NCBI RefSeq assembly: GCF_964204865.1 | Contig: NC_135251.1 | Coordinates: 18,290,001 to 18,354,000, forward strand | Direction: 5' to 3' | DNA length: 64,000 nt | From: Styela clava | Taxonomy: Eukaryota | Shown here: one piece after another, positions 1 through 13,247 of the stretch | Position numbering within the stretch: the stretch's first letter is position 1 | Layout: every line of letters begins with the position of its first letter | Program-made: the position numbers and the translations under genes | Notes under the pieces: model-generated | Database searches by the model: none | Told to the model about the DNA's origin: nothing | The model's input: the letters and a program-made list of their open reading frames with translations, nothing else

Positions 1-2232
1 TTCAAAAACGATAATTTTTCGAAATTCCGAAAAGGATCCACTAGAGGGCAAATCATTTTTTGGCATCTTAAGATTTGCACACTAATTTCAAGTTTAATGA
101 ACGTACAGTTTTGATGTATGACCAAGAGAGAAAAGTGTTTGATGAAATTTAGTTGAAATACTTAACCGTTTTTAAATATGTTACATATACATAGTTGATA
201 AAATTGAAAATGATATGCTATGTTTAGTATTAAATATGGCCAGATCAAAACGTGCTGCTACTGTTCTGGTTTGGTGAAATCGAATCTTTAACGTATCTGC
301 TGTTCTCCAAAAGTGTCGTATTGCTGCCTTTATTGGCCATTGTCCAAGAAATCGTCACTCCAAAAACGGCATGCTTGGGAAATTGAAAAATTATATATAG
401 GTTGTAAGACATTTTTCACTTTTTCATACAATTTGCATCTTATTCCAAGTTTAATTAACACACAGTATCGGTGTTTGAAAAAGTAAGAAAATGGAATATT
501 ACGATATTAGGTGAGTTTATTTGAAATACCAAACCTTTTCAAAATATGTGAACATCTACGCTATTCAAATATTTGAGATATACGCTATGTTTGGTATTAT
601 AAAGGCCAAGTCAAAACGTGCTGCTACTGTTATGGTATAGTGAAGTCGAATCTAAAAGGTATTTGCTTTTTTCCGAATGTGTCGTAGTGCTGCCTTTATT
701 GGCGGTTTTCGAGAAATCGCCCTTTCAAAAACGAATATTTTTCGGAATTCAGAAAAGAACCCATTATAGAGAGCGTAAAATGTTTTTTTTTTATTTTAAA
801 CTTTCCCAATTAATTCTTAGTTTAATAAACGTACAGTATTCATTTGTGACAAAGAGAAAAATATATTTGATCAATTTTCCAGCAGCTTCAGTTGAAATAC
901 AAATCCCTATTAAATTTGTTACGTCGACAATGTTTATAAAACTGAGAATACACGCTATTTTGGTATTATATGTAGCCGAGTCAAAACATGCTGCCACTGT
1001 TTTGTTATAGTGAAATCAAATCTATAGGGTATATACTTTTTCCAAAGTGTCGTAGTGCTGCCTTTATTGGCGGTTTTCGAGAAATTCCCCTTCCAAAATC
1101 GATAATTTTTCGAAATTTTGAAAAGAATCCACGAGAGGGCGTAAAATATTTTTTTGGTATTTTATACTTTTCTTCTGCAACTCATTCTAAGTTTAATAGA
1201 CGTACAGTATTAATGTGTGACAAAGAGAAAAATATATATTTTATCAATTGTTCAGCAAATTTAGTTGACATACAATTCCTTTTTAAATTTGTTTCGTCCA
1301 CATTGTTCATAAAATTGAAGAGTATACGCTATGTTTGGTATTATATATGGCAAAGTCAAAACGTTCTGCTACCGTTCTGACATAATAAAATTGAATCTAT
1401 AAGGTATGTGCTTTTCTCTGAATGTGTCGTGATGCTGCCTTTATTGGCGGTTTTTGAGAAATCACTAATCCAAAAACGATAATTTTCGAAATTCTCAAAC
1501 TAATTCAAGGGGGTGCGCAAAATTTTTATTATTACTTTATACTTTCTGAAACTTATTCTAACTTTAATAGACGTACAGTATTGATGTGCGACAAAGAGAA
1601 AAAGATATTTGATCAATTATCCTGCAACTTTAGTTGAAATACAAACCCTTTTTTAATATGTTACGTACCTTTGTTTTAAAAATCGAGGAATATACGCTAT
1701 TTTTGGTATTATATATGGCCAAGTCAAAACGTGCTGCTACTGTTCTGGCATAATAAAATCGAATCTATAATGTATGTGCTTTTATCCGAATATGTCGTAG
1801 TGCTGCCTTTATTGGCGGTTTTCGAAAAAATCGCCATTTTAAAAACGATAATTTTTTGTAATCCAGGACAGAATCCACTAGAAGTCGCAAATGATTTTTT
1901 GCTGTTTTATACTTCCCGCAACGTATTCCAAGTTTAAAAGATGTACAGTATTAATGTGTGACAAAAAGAAAATGATATTTTATCCATTATCTAGCAAATT
2001 TAGTTGAAATACAAAATCAATTTTAAATTTGTTACGTCCATGCCGTTATTAAAATTTAGATTACACGATATGTTTGGTAATCTATATGGTCAAGCCAAAA
2101 CGTACTGCTACTGTTCTGTTATAGAAAAATTGAATTTATATGGTATCTGCTTTTCTCCAAATGTGTCGTGGTGCTGCCTTTATTGGCGGTTTTCGAGGAA
2201 TCGAGGTTCCGAAAAGGATAATTTTCCGAAAC
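1..2232. repeat. Tandem satellite array, ~370-bp diverged units, at least 6 copies, continuing past the window start
   Basis: The core CTGCCTTTATTGGC recurs at 324, 690, 1058, 1435, 1803 and 2174 (spacings 366, 368, 377, 368, 371). Flanking motifs such as CAAAACGTGCTGCTACTGTT, CGTACAGTATT and TTAGTTGAAATAC recur in register. The short ORFs in this region are translations of the repeat. Confidence 0.95.
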
Positions 2233-3217
2233 TTTGTATTTGCGGAATACCTAAAAATTCATTTTTCGCTTAGTTAGTCTTTTTTTGAGCACTATTTTCT
2301 TGTTAAATTTAATGTATTCATTCAGTTTAAAGATTTTTCATCTATTTTCGTGACAATATTATATTTTGATCAGCATTTTCAATTTTCATATTTACCTATA
2401 AATGAACACTATATGCGCGTGGAACCTATATTCAATGTGTAAAAATATTCTGGCTGAAAGTGCTGCTAGCTTCACAGTGGTAAAAAGCACTCAATAATGA
2501 AAAATACCGAACGCCAGTGGAAAATTGAGCAAGTCAATCAAAGGATGCGTTTCCTCAAATCTACTTTCATAGACCTCAGAAAAACGACTTGATTTGCATT
2601 GATAGTCTCAAAAAATTCCCATACGTTTAAAAATGTGTTTCATATTTCGTAATTAATTTTTAATTCTCTATAGTTGAATAAAAAAAAAATAAAAAAAAAC
2701 TTATATTCTTATTATGCGTAGCAGAGTTTATTATATTAATTTGTTAAATTATTTAAAAAAAAGTTACATTTTTCAAAAGATGGCGCATCAAATTCGCGTA
2801 AAAAATATTGACAGTTATTGTAAATATTCTGTCTAAATTTCTACAATGGCATCTTCTTTCAGGCGTTAGTTGCAACTTGCAACAATCTTCAGTCGTGATG
2901 GCGTGATGCATACACGAAAATAAGCAAAATACAATATTCTCGAATTTTGTAGCATTTACTTTAGCAATTATAGATAAACACAAACTTTAACTTTTCTGCA
3001 AAGTAGCAAACGTTGAATAAAACTGGTTTATTTAAAGATATTTTTTTTTATCGTAAGCATCAAGTTAATTTTCTGCAGTTATACCGTAATTGGAATTTAT
3101 ATAGTGGCACAACGATTTTAAATGTTATGATAAAAAGCGCCACCTTCCCCGTAGCTAAGGGGAAATTAATAAAATGGAAGTTTGTCTCATAGTTGTGCAC
3201 TTTTCCGTCCTCGATAT

Positions 3218-5332
3218 TTAGGTGGTTGTTGCTTGATGTGTCATATGTGCAAGGTTAATCAACTTAGTAGTAAGAGCATTAGGAACAAGGATTCTTTCAC
3301 CAGAGATTATCAACTCTTTGTAAATTGTCAGCTCATCACGTACACGTACATGATAAAATGTTTGTAAAGCAGAATCAACATCTTTTATGTAAGGCCATCC
3401 ATTACAAATGTAACCTTTCATTTTAGACAGCATTGCAGCATTACATGTAGCTTCTAGTAGTTCAAGTAATGAAATGAATAAATCAGTATCCGTAGTATCC
3501 ATCTTCGCAATCAACATTTTCAGTAGAATCCAGGGGTAATTTGGATAAAGCATCAGCAAATTTATTTTCAGCACCAGATTTGCATTTCACTGTATAATCA
3601 TAGTGTAGCAAACGAGCATTCCATCGATCAACTCTCATAGATTGTCGAGTATTTCCTTGAGATGTAAGCAAAGTAGTAAGAGCTTGATGATCAGTTTGCA
3701 GTTTAAATTTTCTACCCCAGATGTAGTTATGAAAATTTTCACATGCCCATACACAAGCAAGTGCCTCACGTTCACCAACGGAGTACTTTTTTTCATTTTC
3801 AGTAAGTGTTCTGGATGCACATGTTATAACACGTTCAGTCTTATTTGCATCAATTTGACTCAAAATATCACCCAAACCATAGCCAGAAGCATCAGTAGTA
3901 ATTATAATAAGCAAATTAGGATCATAAAAAGCAAGCGTAATATGGTCAGAAATACACTTTTTAGTAGCAATAAAACTTTTCTGAGCATCAGTATTCCAGC
4001 AAAAAGTAACATCTTTGCGCAAAAGACGTCTCATTGGTTCAACAAAATTATGACAAAATTTAGAATAATATCCAATCAAACCAAGAAAGGAACGTAAAGA
4101 AGTAGTGTCATGAGGGGAGAGAGCATCCAGTATATATAGCATTAGACAATTTAGGGTGTGGCATTAAACCCTGAGTAGTAAGAACATGTCTGAAAAAAAA
4201 TCAATTTTGTCAACATTAAACCCACATTTATCATTCAATTTGAAACCAAGCTTCAAAAGTCGTTCAAAATTTTTATGTAAATTAGCATCATGTTCTTGAT
4301 TGGTGCGACCCCAAATTACAATATCATCAAGTATATATAAACATTTAACACTTTTTAAAACTTCAAGAACAGATACCATCATCTTTTGGAAATCACTAGG
4401 AACAGAGACTAAACCAAAACAAGCACAACGAAAACGAAATAAACCATCATGTGTAACAAAAACAGTTAAATCTCTACTTCCCTCAGCTAAAGCTAATTGA
4501 TGATAAGCAGAAGCAAGATCCAATGTTGAAAAATACTTGGCACCATGCGTTTCCCTAAATATTTCATATACTGTAGGCAAAGGAAATTCATCAACCACAA
4601 TCATTTCGTTAACTTTTCTTAAGTCTTCTTTCGAACTACGACTACTGGTGAAATATATTCAGAGGAATTAATCTTTTCAATTATATTAGCATTTTCTAAC
4701 TGTTTCAATTTAACAGTAACACCATCACGGATAGAAAAAGGTAATCGTCTCAACTTTTGTTGGAGTGATTTAGCATCTTTTTTCATTTTTACTTTATGCA
4801 CAAACCCTTTAATAGTTCCAGCAATAGGTTCAAAACATTCAGCATATTTAACAAATTCAGACCCTAAGCCTTTTGGCAATTTGTAGGAAGCATTTGTATC
4901 AGTATGCATCACAGACATACTTGTACCATCAAGTTTCACATGTAAAATATCACGTTCCAGCAATGAAAGACCTTCTTTCTCCCTAATACTATTGCCGGAT
5001 TTACCATTGTAAGAAAGATTAGCATGGAAACAACCGAACAAGTTAATTTTGATTTTGGAGTAGGATGTAAGAATTATTGTAGGTTTCATCAATTTCAGAT
5101 TAGAAAAATATTTGCGATAAAAGTAACGCGATAACAATGTAACTGGACTACCAGTATCAACAAGAAAAAATAGTAGTGTACAATTAATACACAATTCAAC
5201 AGTCATGTCGGTACTGAGACATGTCGCGTGAAAGATTGCTGAGAAACAAGTTAATGGCAATGAGCAGTTACGGTTTTGGCGAAAAATACACAAAAATTGC
5301 TTGACCGTTATATTTCGAAAGGGTTGACGCAA
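3218..5332 (-). mobile_element. Degenerate Ty3/Gypsy LTR-retrotransposon pol remnant (protease-RT-RNase H-integrase N-terminus), frameshifted and truncated
   Basis: Successive minus-strand ORFs carry the aspartic protease motif LVDTGS; RT motifs FSTLDLASAYHQ and YILDDIVIWG; RNase H motifs TDASGYGLG, EREALA, TDHQAL and ADALSKLP; and the start of the integrase Zn-finger (LAHMTHQ). Domain order PR-RT-RH-IN is Gypsy-type. The coding region is split by several frameshifts, the integrase core is missing, and no LTR pair was recognised. Confidence 0.93.
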
Positions 5333-5586
5333 AGAAGTTGTTAGACTTGTAGTATTCTTGGAGAAAAAAAGAGTGTGAGTTTGCTTGAAGGAGGAAGAAT
5401 GTCACATTTACATTTGAAGTGGAAAAGTTTTAAATAGGGCCAAAGTCAATCACCGGTAAGCTACTGATGAATATTCATGTTTTTGTTACAGTTTTAATTC
5501 TTTTTATCACCACGAGCGTCCACATTCACGTCGGCGTTGGTTATCTTCTCATTTCATAATAATAGCCCGTGGGTACGTTGTGGCGT

Positions 5587-5757
5587 TAAGAAAATTATAG
5601 GTTTGTATTACGGGATTCACTGAAGCGTTAGACAATGATCATCATACAGTGATATTCCACGCTGTTCACTTGCTCAGATGTGTGTGATTTTGGGGAGGAA
5701 GTATAAGAGGGCAGAATGAAAGTGAAAAGATAGTGGGGGATTCGATAAAATACTATA
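5587..5757 (+). repeat. 171-bp segment, copy 1 of an inverted pair (partner 7473-7643)
   Basis: Its reverse complement matches 7473-7643 with about 4 substitutions. Confidence 0.92.
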
Positions 5758-6349
5758 TTGTATTTGCAACTCAGATAGACAATGTTTTATTTGAACTATG
5801 AAACCATATATTTTACTGCAAACCAGCCACAAAAGCTTACTAAGATCTACATGACATTTAAATAAAGGAAGAGTCGTTTGAAATGAAATTTGAATAACAA
5901 CATTTTATAATATGATGGACAGCCATTGGCATTTAATACAATATTGACATCAGGCGTATACAAAACTGCCGCAGGCATATTGCAAATATCAAAATGGTAT
6001 GTCAAACTAGTTATTGCAATAGCTTTTCAATACAATGAGAGAGGTTTTTATCTCTTAGAAACTCTATTAGATTTCCAATGTTTCTTTTATAAACATATTC
6101 TCTTGGAAATTGAAAATTTGCCACTCGAAAGTAAATGTAAAACAGCAAAACAATTTGTTTCAGCCCTATTACATGGCATGGAAGATCAAGTGGAGGCCAG
6201 TAATGTTCTTATTTCTTATTATTATTTCAACTATATGCCTGATTCTCTTCAAAGAAAAAGAAATGCGGTGAGTTGAGTTGATGAAATCTATGCAGACATT
6301 TTAGTATTGAGGCTTTGTTATAGCATCACAACGGGTTTATATTTTACAG

Positions 6350-9300
6350 CTACTTTACGTTCGATCGCATTGAAAAGTTCACTGTACCGGAAACGATGCA
6401 CCTTGCTGTCGTATCCTGTGGAAGACCAGGCTATATTGGAATCAAGGTACTATGATTTTAATTTATAAAAACCGTGAAAGTGTGCCGCAGTCATTTGTGG
6501 ATCCTATCATGTTATGTTTACATTGGATCTCATAATTCCAGCCATAATATAGTGATTCGCGTAATGGAGAATCATGCAAAAAATTATTATTATTATTAAA
6601 ACGCAAAATGTAGCAAGACTATGCATGTTCTATTTTTAACAAATTAACAGTCACAAATTCATGTTATATAAATATATATTTCAGGATTTCTCAAAACCAT
6701 TGGACCAAAGTTTAACAATGATCAAATCAGCTTCAATGTTTGCCAAATCCCCATTACATATTCATATATTCACAGAGGATGAGATAAAGGGTTTGTTTGA
6801 AGAAGAGGTAGGCTATGTTAGTTCCAAATCCCAACTGTGGGGCTCATCTCTGCGGTGACGTCATACAATTGTTATAAATATGAAAAATACCTGTGTTAAT
6901 GCCACACGTATATTGAATAATAAGTTGCATTTTCAAACAATTTGAGGAGCTCAAGGCTGTAATGAAAAGTCATGACATGACTTTGTAGCGAATGTGCATT
7001 GTGTAACTATGGATTATAATGTATTTAACCCTTTCATATTACATGCTATTAATATGAAAGGGTTATTTCATTATAATCCATAGTTACACAATGCACATTC
7101 GCTACAACTTGACGTAGTATTACTATAATACAATATTGAAAGATAGAATTTTCTGATGTGGAGATTGCTTGCACCCCATTTATTTGCATAATATGTAGTA
7201 TGAGCAACATCAGAGCAACGACAAAAACATTACGCCATATGTCATATATTACTTTTGTCATATTTTAGATAAAATCTTGGCCCATCAAAGTTCAAGCACG
7301 TGTAAAGTATTCAATATATTCTGCTGATTATTCAAACCAACTTCCAGAGGAATTGATAAATGAATGGAAACGCTGGTACAAGCCATGTGGATCTTTTAGG
7401 CTATTTCTTCCAGTAAGAATACTAGAAAAACACGTATATATTTGAAATATTTCAAACTGTTCCCTCCTTATATATGGTATTTTATCGAATCCCCCACTAT
7501 CTTTTCACTTTCATTCTGCCCTCTTATACTTCCTCCCCAAAATCACACACATCTGAGCAAGTGAACAGCGTGGAATATCAATGTATGATGATCATTGTCT
7601 AACGCTTCAGTAAATCCCGTAATACGAACCTATAATTTTCTTAGCGCGTCGAAACTGTTCCCTTCTTTAGGCTAGGCTACGGATTCACTGTGACATATTG
7701 TCCCAAAAGCCATTAGATTAGCAACCTTCATATGTTTTGAATAACGAGGAATTGTTTTTTTTATCTATATACCTTTTACTAATGATAAAAACTTTCGGAA
7801 AACCAAGTGAAATCAAGTACTTTAAATATAATGTCACCGGTGAATATTATCGTGTGATACAATGCGTTTTATGATTGCTAATTTCACCAACAACTGCTTC
7901 GTGAATAAGTGGTGTTTGCAGTAAATACGTTTTTATTTTAAAAATATATTAATCTAATTTAGATGATTTTGAAAAACATCACTGACGCCGCAATATACTG
8001 TGACAGCGACGTTGTTTTCGTAAAACCGATTGATGAACTTTGGAAACAGTTGAAATTGATGAACGAGCGCCATGTAGCGGGTATTTCATCCACATCGGGT
8101 CATCCGATAAGTGTACCGAAGAGCAATGAAAAATTTATATCTGATTCAAACGGAAAAATGTTTCAAATAAATTCCGGTGTAGGTTGACACTATATTGCTT
8201 AAAGTTCCGGGTACCAGAGAAATAGAAGATGTTTCAGCCAATTTGCCTGCATTCTTTGTCGAACATAAAGAAATAATAATAGTATATATATTTAGTATAT
8301 CAGAGGACATAAAAAAGAGCATTGTAATCTTCATTAAACCTCTGTGCAAATTTATTAATGTAATCATTTGAATGTGGTATTGTTTGATGTATTACAGGTA
8401 ATGGTGTTGAATTTCACGAGAATACTAAGAGCTGATTGGAAAATGTTTCATGATGTGGACGATCTTACAGTATCCACATCGAAATATGGAGCTGACTTAT
8501 TGCTGAATTTTTATAGAAAATATAAGGATGAAGCTGAACATGATCAGAAGTTGTTGAATATAATGTTTCATTTTAATTCTGGTAAGAGGTGTGCAATGAA
8601 TAAAATAGATTTGTAACGCTATACACTAGTGATAACTAGACCGGGACAAAGTCTCATTTTTTGTGTTCAACCCTATTCTCACAGGGAAGAATGACACGTT
8701 GACGTTTGGCATTTAAGAAATTGGTACTTTTTTGAGAACCAGAGTAATCGGAAATATAGACAGACAATTTGCAATTTTCGGCGCGCGAATATAAATGTCG
8801 TTTTAATCTCAAGTCACGTTCTTATTAAAATTTAATGATAATGAAAAGGGCGGGAATTTCTCGTACTTAGATTACGCTTCTTGAATCATCGGTTTAAATG
8901 AAAATCATTTATCCATTAACACTCGATTAAGAGCAGATGACCTTTTTTCGTCAGTTTATGAGCTGAGTGTCGCTTCTAATCCTTCTTCAGAAACTGCTTA
9001 ATCGCCTTTATATATCTTTTATCTTTGCCGATGTTCAGCAAATAGTTCGATGTCAGTTTGGCACACGCGGCATATGGTGTGCTATATCCAGTTAATGCAC
9101 GACCTTTGACAGCGAGCCTAGCATATGGCTACTAGGAAAAATAAACCACAAAACCTGATCTCGTTCTCATTTTCGCTTTCAAAACATAAAAGCGGTTTGT
9201 TCCTCTAATTGCCAGCACGCGAGTAATAGCACGAAAATAAAATACAATCCGCAAGATCTACCTATTAAGTTTGGAGTCTGCCTCAGGGGACACGCATTAG

Positions 9301-12300
9301 AGTACTTGACCTAAGAACGGGCTAACGGACCTACGGGACTTTTGTAACTTGTTGCCCAACTGGGCAAATGGCAGTTCCCAGCTGTTTAAAACGATTTTCC
9401 TATTGTCATCCATTAGTTGTCAGATGTTTCATTCATATTTGTGTTTATTCTTGACACAACTATGAAAGAAAAACTTATATTGAGAAGTGGTAAGTTTTTT
9501 GCTAAATTCCCGTTTTATTTTGACGACTTTTGACGACAAATTCGACTAATCAAATCATTTTAAATTGCGACGTATTACGAAGATTGTCATTTATGCACAA
9601 TGTCGCGTACGTAACCGCGATCCCTGGCAACGAAGCAGTATAAAGTAAACAGGCCCGACCGTGTCAATTTGCGTGAAATACTCATGACTTATACACTGCC
9701 GCTTTCTTGGTATAAGCATGCTATTTCTAGACGTAAAATTGTCATTATTATCAAATGATTATACGACAATTTATGCCAGTGTCAGGTGCGAATACCGACT
9801 ATTAAATAAATCTCTTTTTGTTCTTCAACTGGGGAGGCACGCTTGGCTTGTTGATATTACAATAAAAAATGATAATAAATTTAATGTGGAAATTGCAAGT
9901 ATATTCTAATGCGATCTAGCCAATATGACAGATGCCTACACTATTTTTTTTTATTATATTGTGTCATTTTATTTAGATTTCATTACCGAACTCTATTATG
10001 ACCAGATATTCTGTTGTTTGCCACAAACAAAGGCTATTTATAATTTGCGTTCACGGCATTGCTGTCGCATTATAGCTTCGTGGTGATATTATTGTTAAGT
10101 AGCGTAAATATATTGTCACTGATCAATTACGCATGGTCAACCCTGCACCAACCAGCCTAAACAAACTGTAAATAAATACAAGTATTGTTTCAGAGAATCA
10201 CGAAAGCGATTTTCTGTAAAATGTCAATGAATTTACAAAGACTTTGTTACAGCAGCTTACACAATAGGTTCAATTCAGCGTTAAGTGGTTTCGCTTCTTC
10301 GAACATCTCGAGAGACTGCTTATCCATTTGTATTCAAACGCATGAATATTTTATACCATCTTCATTATGTCGTGTTAACACACATCAGCTCCTGTCAAAG
10401 GCTCTTCAATTTGGTGTATCATGATATTTTAGTACCTTTTGCGCACCACAGACGCGACACCTATAATAAATGGCATAATGGCAAATATTAATAATATAAA
10501 ATCGAATTGATAGGTATTTTTGCGTAAAATTTACTGCGCTATTTAACATTTTAATACACATATGAATACATATATTCAAATTATATGAAAAAAAAAATGT
10601 ATAAATAGGATTCATCGAATCAGGGTCATCCAATGATTGGAAAGAGTTCAAAAACGATTTACTTTTTTTTTCAACGAGAATTTTTTGTTACGATTGCAAT
10701 CCTGTAAAGTCCTTTCATACTTCGGCAAATAATTTAAGATATCAGAAATGATTGACATTCGCTGTATGGAATTGAATTTTCCATTCCGACTCCATTACCC
10801 CAACATGGCTGAAGTTAACGCTTGCTTCTCATTAGAAAATGAATGGGGTAAGCGTCAAATAAAATGTATACAATTCGCAAAAAAGTTCCCAACAATTACA
10901 TTACTTTAAATATGTGATTTTATTTGCCCCATATGAGATCAATAGTTATTTTTAGTTTTTACTTACACAAAAGTGGCATTATCTTTTATCTTATAAGTAC
11001 AATGCACTTAAAGAATTGATAATAATTAAAACTCAAATGTGATAACAATTATACGTGTGGTGATGCTTGAGGCAATTATAACATTAATTGAAGTTAATTG
11101 TTCTGAAATTCTTCATGTTCTAATATCCATGATGTATTGTTTTTCAAAATTTAGCAATACCACCAGGCACTTAGTAATTTCATTCTTGTTGGGTTTCGTC
11201 ACCTCAAAAAATTCAGAAACTCGAGCCAAATTTCTGAAAATTCAATTCGTTTGAAAGCACTTAATTGTTACGTGATAATTTACTTGTCATGAGCGATTTC
11301 TTTTCACGTCAACAATTAATGATTTCATTATACTGCCTGGAAAATGATGTTTATATTAATTAAAAATATAACAAATTTACAGAATTTAATAAAATAATAA
11401 TTCAACATAATTACGCCATTACCATAAAGCATCTCAATTTACTTTGACGTTCAACTTAAATCACACAGGTGTTCTCAAAACATAATTGTTATTATGTAAC
11501 TTGTGAATCACAGTTAAATTCACTTGTTTTTAGCAATGTATTGAGTTACTTGTGGACATAAAATACTTACAATGGGCCTTGTTTGTATTTGAATAACAGG
11601 TGACTGTTTTGGCGCGAATTATGACGGCAAATTCACTCGTCGGGAAGATAAAGTTAAATCCACATTGTTGTTGCACAATCTGTATGTGAACCAACCATAA
11701 TTAACTATTTGAAAATAGATATTTTTTCTCAATTTTCTGCTTTTCTAAAATTCACTTAATTTTATGAACACAATATTTTAGATCTGCTTTATCAACTTCC
11801 ATGCTCTTGGAATTTCAAGAATAATTTTTGCACTGACGATGGTAATATATGTGACGATGCAGAAACGAATGGAGCAGGAGCAGTACATGGAATATCAGGA
11901 TCCTTTTTCGGGGATTCAAATCCGACATTCAAAGGATTATATGAATTTTTTTTAATGGTAAATTATTATTCAATGTAAAATAGCCAGAAAAAATATATTC
12001 ATCTCATATATAAATTAGTCAAAGGCAAAGTTGTGAGAGTAGAGTTGATGAGCCTCAGCCGCCTTTTTTAAAGTACCCAAATATAATTAAAATCTTTTAT
12101 ATTTAATAAAACCCCTTTTTTTTTAATTTGGGATTTATTAAAATGATCGTTATTTCAATATAATTAACAATGTTTGAAATCTGTATTCCTTCAGGAATTA
12201 TTTTAATAGAAATTAATATGACTTGAATTTGCATTATATAGTATATTACATATACAAATCTATGATGTACCATGATATGTTTTCTTTTAACAAACCATTG

Positions 12301-13247
12301 AATAAAAGGATCCTCATAAAAAAAGATATTAAACAAAGTATTGTCATTGAGAACGTATATATCGGGTCGTTGGTATATAATTTCATAGATGAAAAATTTA
12401 TGGGAACAAAGCTATATTTAATATAGGAATAATGATTCAATGACACCCATGATCCAGGATATAATATATTATTCTCCATGATTATGATATCAACCAATGT
12501 TGTTATATTTACCAAAAACGACAAAAAAATGAAAAGGATTAATTCACCTTCGCAAAATACTTTCAGCAAACGGACCCAACTACACCAAGCAACAACGTGT
12601 TGTAGATTGTAGACTGAATCTAAGCGTTAAAATATTATGTTAAAATATTGAAATAGCTTCATTACCGACGACAATATTATCAATTTACAGGAACCAATAT
12701 TGTCTTCATGATCTATATTTGCTACTAATAAACAAAGTTGATGGATTCATAGTTTTAATTGTATTTGCTGAATTCATACTTTTATTCGTATATACACACA
12801 TTTGTACTTACTATCTCGTATATAATTAACCTTTGTGAACAATTGTATACTCCAACTTCGATACGACATTATATATTATTTCATGAATAAGGCACATTGG
12901 CTCTCAATTTGTTTTGACATTATTGGTAATTTCATTTGCCCTTTTTAGACACTCATAGGTTTTATTTAACTATGTCGCTTGAGAGCTTTATCGCCTTTTA
13001 ATTTTGATCTCGTTTAGATTTTTACTGAAAAACTTTCTTCAATAATTTGTTTTCATAGTATAAGCTCGGACAAGATCCAGAGAAGAAATTATATCGGCGA
13101 TATTTATCCTTTCTCGGTGCGTTTGCTTCGAAGACATATTGTGGAAAAAAATCACGAATAATTACTGAATCACTAGGAAAAAGTGTGAAGGAAGTAGACT
13201 TCATTACACCTGATATAGATGTTGAAGTGGCACCTGCATTCGAATGA
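6350..13247 (+). CDS. GXYLT: Glucoside xylosyltransferase-like (GT8, GXYLT1/2 family), 5'-partial, 7 coding exons
   Basis: Exons 6350-6446, 6685-6807, 7269-7412, 7963-8178, 8398-8581, 11782-11957 and 13059-13247, all with GT/AG junctions and consistent phase (~375 aa, TGA at 13245). Family motifs: MHLAVVSCG, LTMIKSA, WYKPCGSFRLFLP, YCDSD (DxD), INSGVMVLN, DQKLLNIMFH, LPCSWN, TYCG. The first exon found starts mid-codon, and the signal-anchor exon was not located. Confidence 0.88.
6983..7107. repeat. Intronic near-perfect palindrome/hairpin (~58-bp arms)
   Basis: TTGTAGCGAATGTGCATTGTGTAACTATGGATTATAATG (39 bp) pairs perfectly with the right arm ending at 7107. A second stem, AACCCTTTCATATT/AATATGAAAGGGTT, closes a ~10-nt loop. 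Confidence 0.9.
7473..7643 (-). repeat. 171-bp inverted copy 2, flanked by a direct duplication
   Basis: Inverted match to 5587-5757, flanked by AAACTGTTCCCTCCTTA (7454-7470) and AAACTGTTCCCTTCTTTA (7652-7669). Confidence 0.9.

Noticed and set aside
1-2232. Hammerhead ribozyme in the satellite
   Set aside because: No CTGATGA core with a matching GAAA was seen on either strand.
618-2273. Similar-looking ORFs (e.g. VVVLPLLAVFEK) suggesting a gene family, or a CRISPR-like array
   Set aside because: They are translations of the satellite in shifting frames. The inter-core sequences are homologous to each other rather than unique spacers, and the DNA is eukaryotic.
5587-7643. The 171-bp pair as Gypsy LTRs or as TIRs of a transposon carrying GXYLT exons
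   Set aside because: The copies are inverted and both lie on one side of pol. The direct duplication flanks only copy 2, not the pair.
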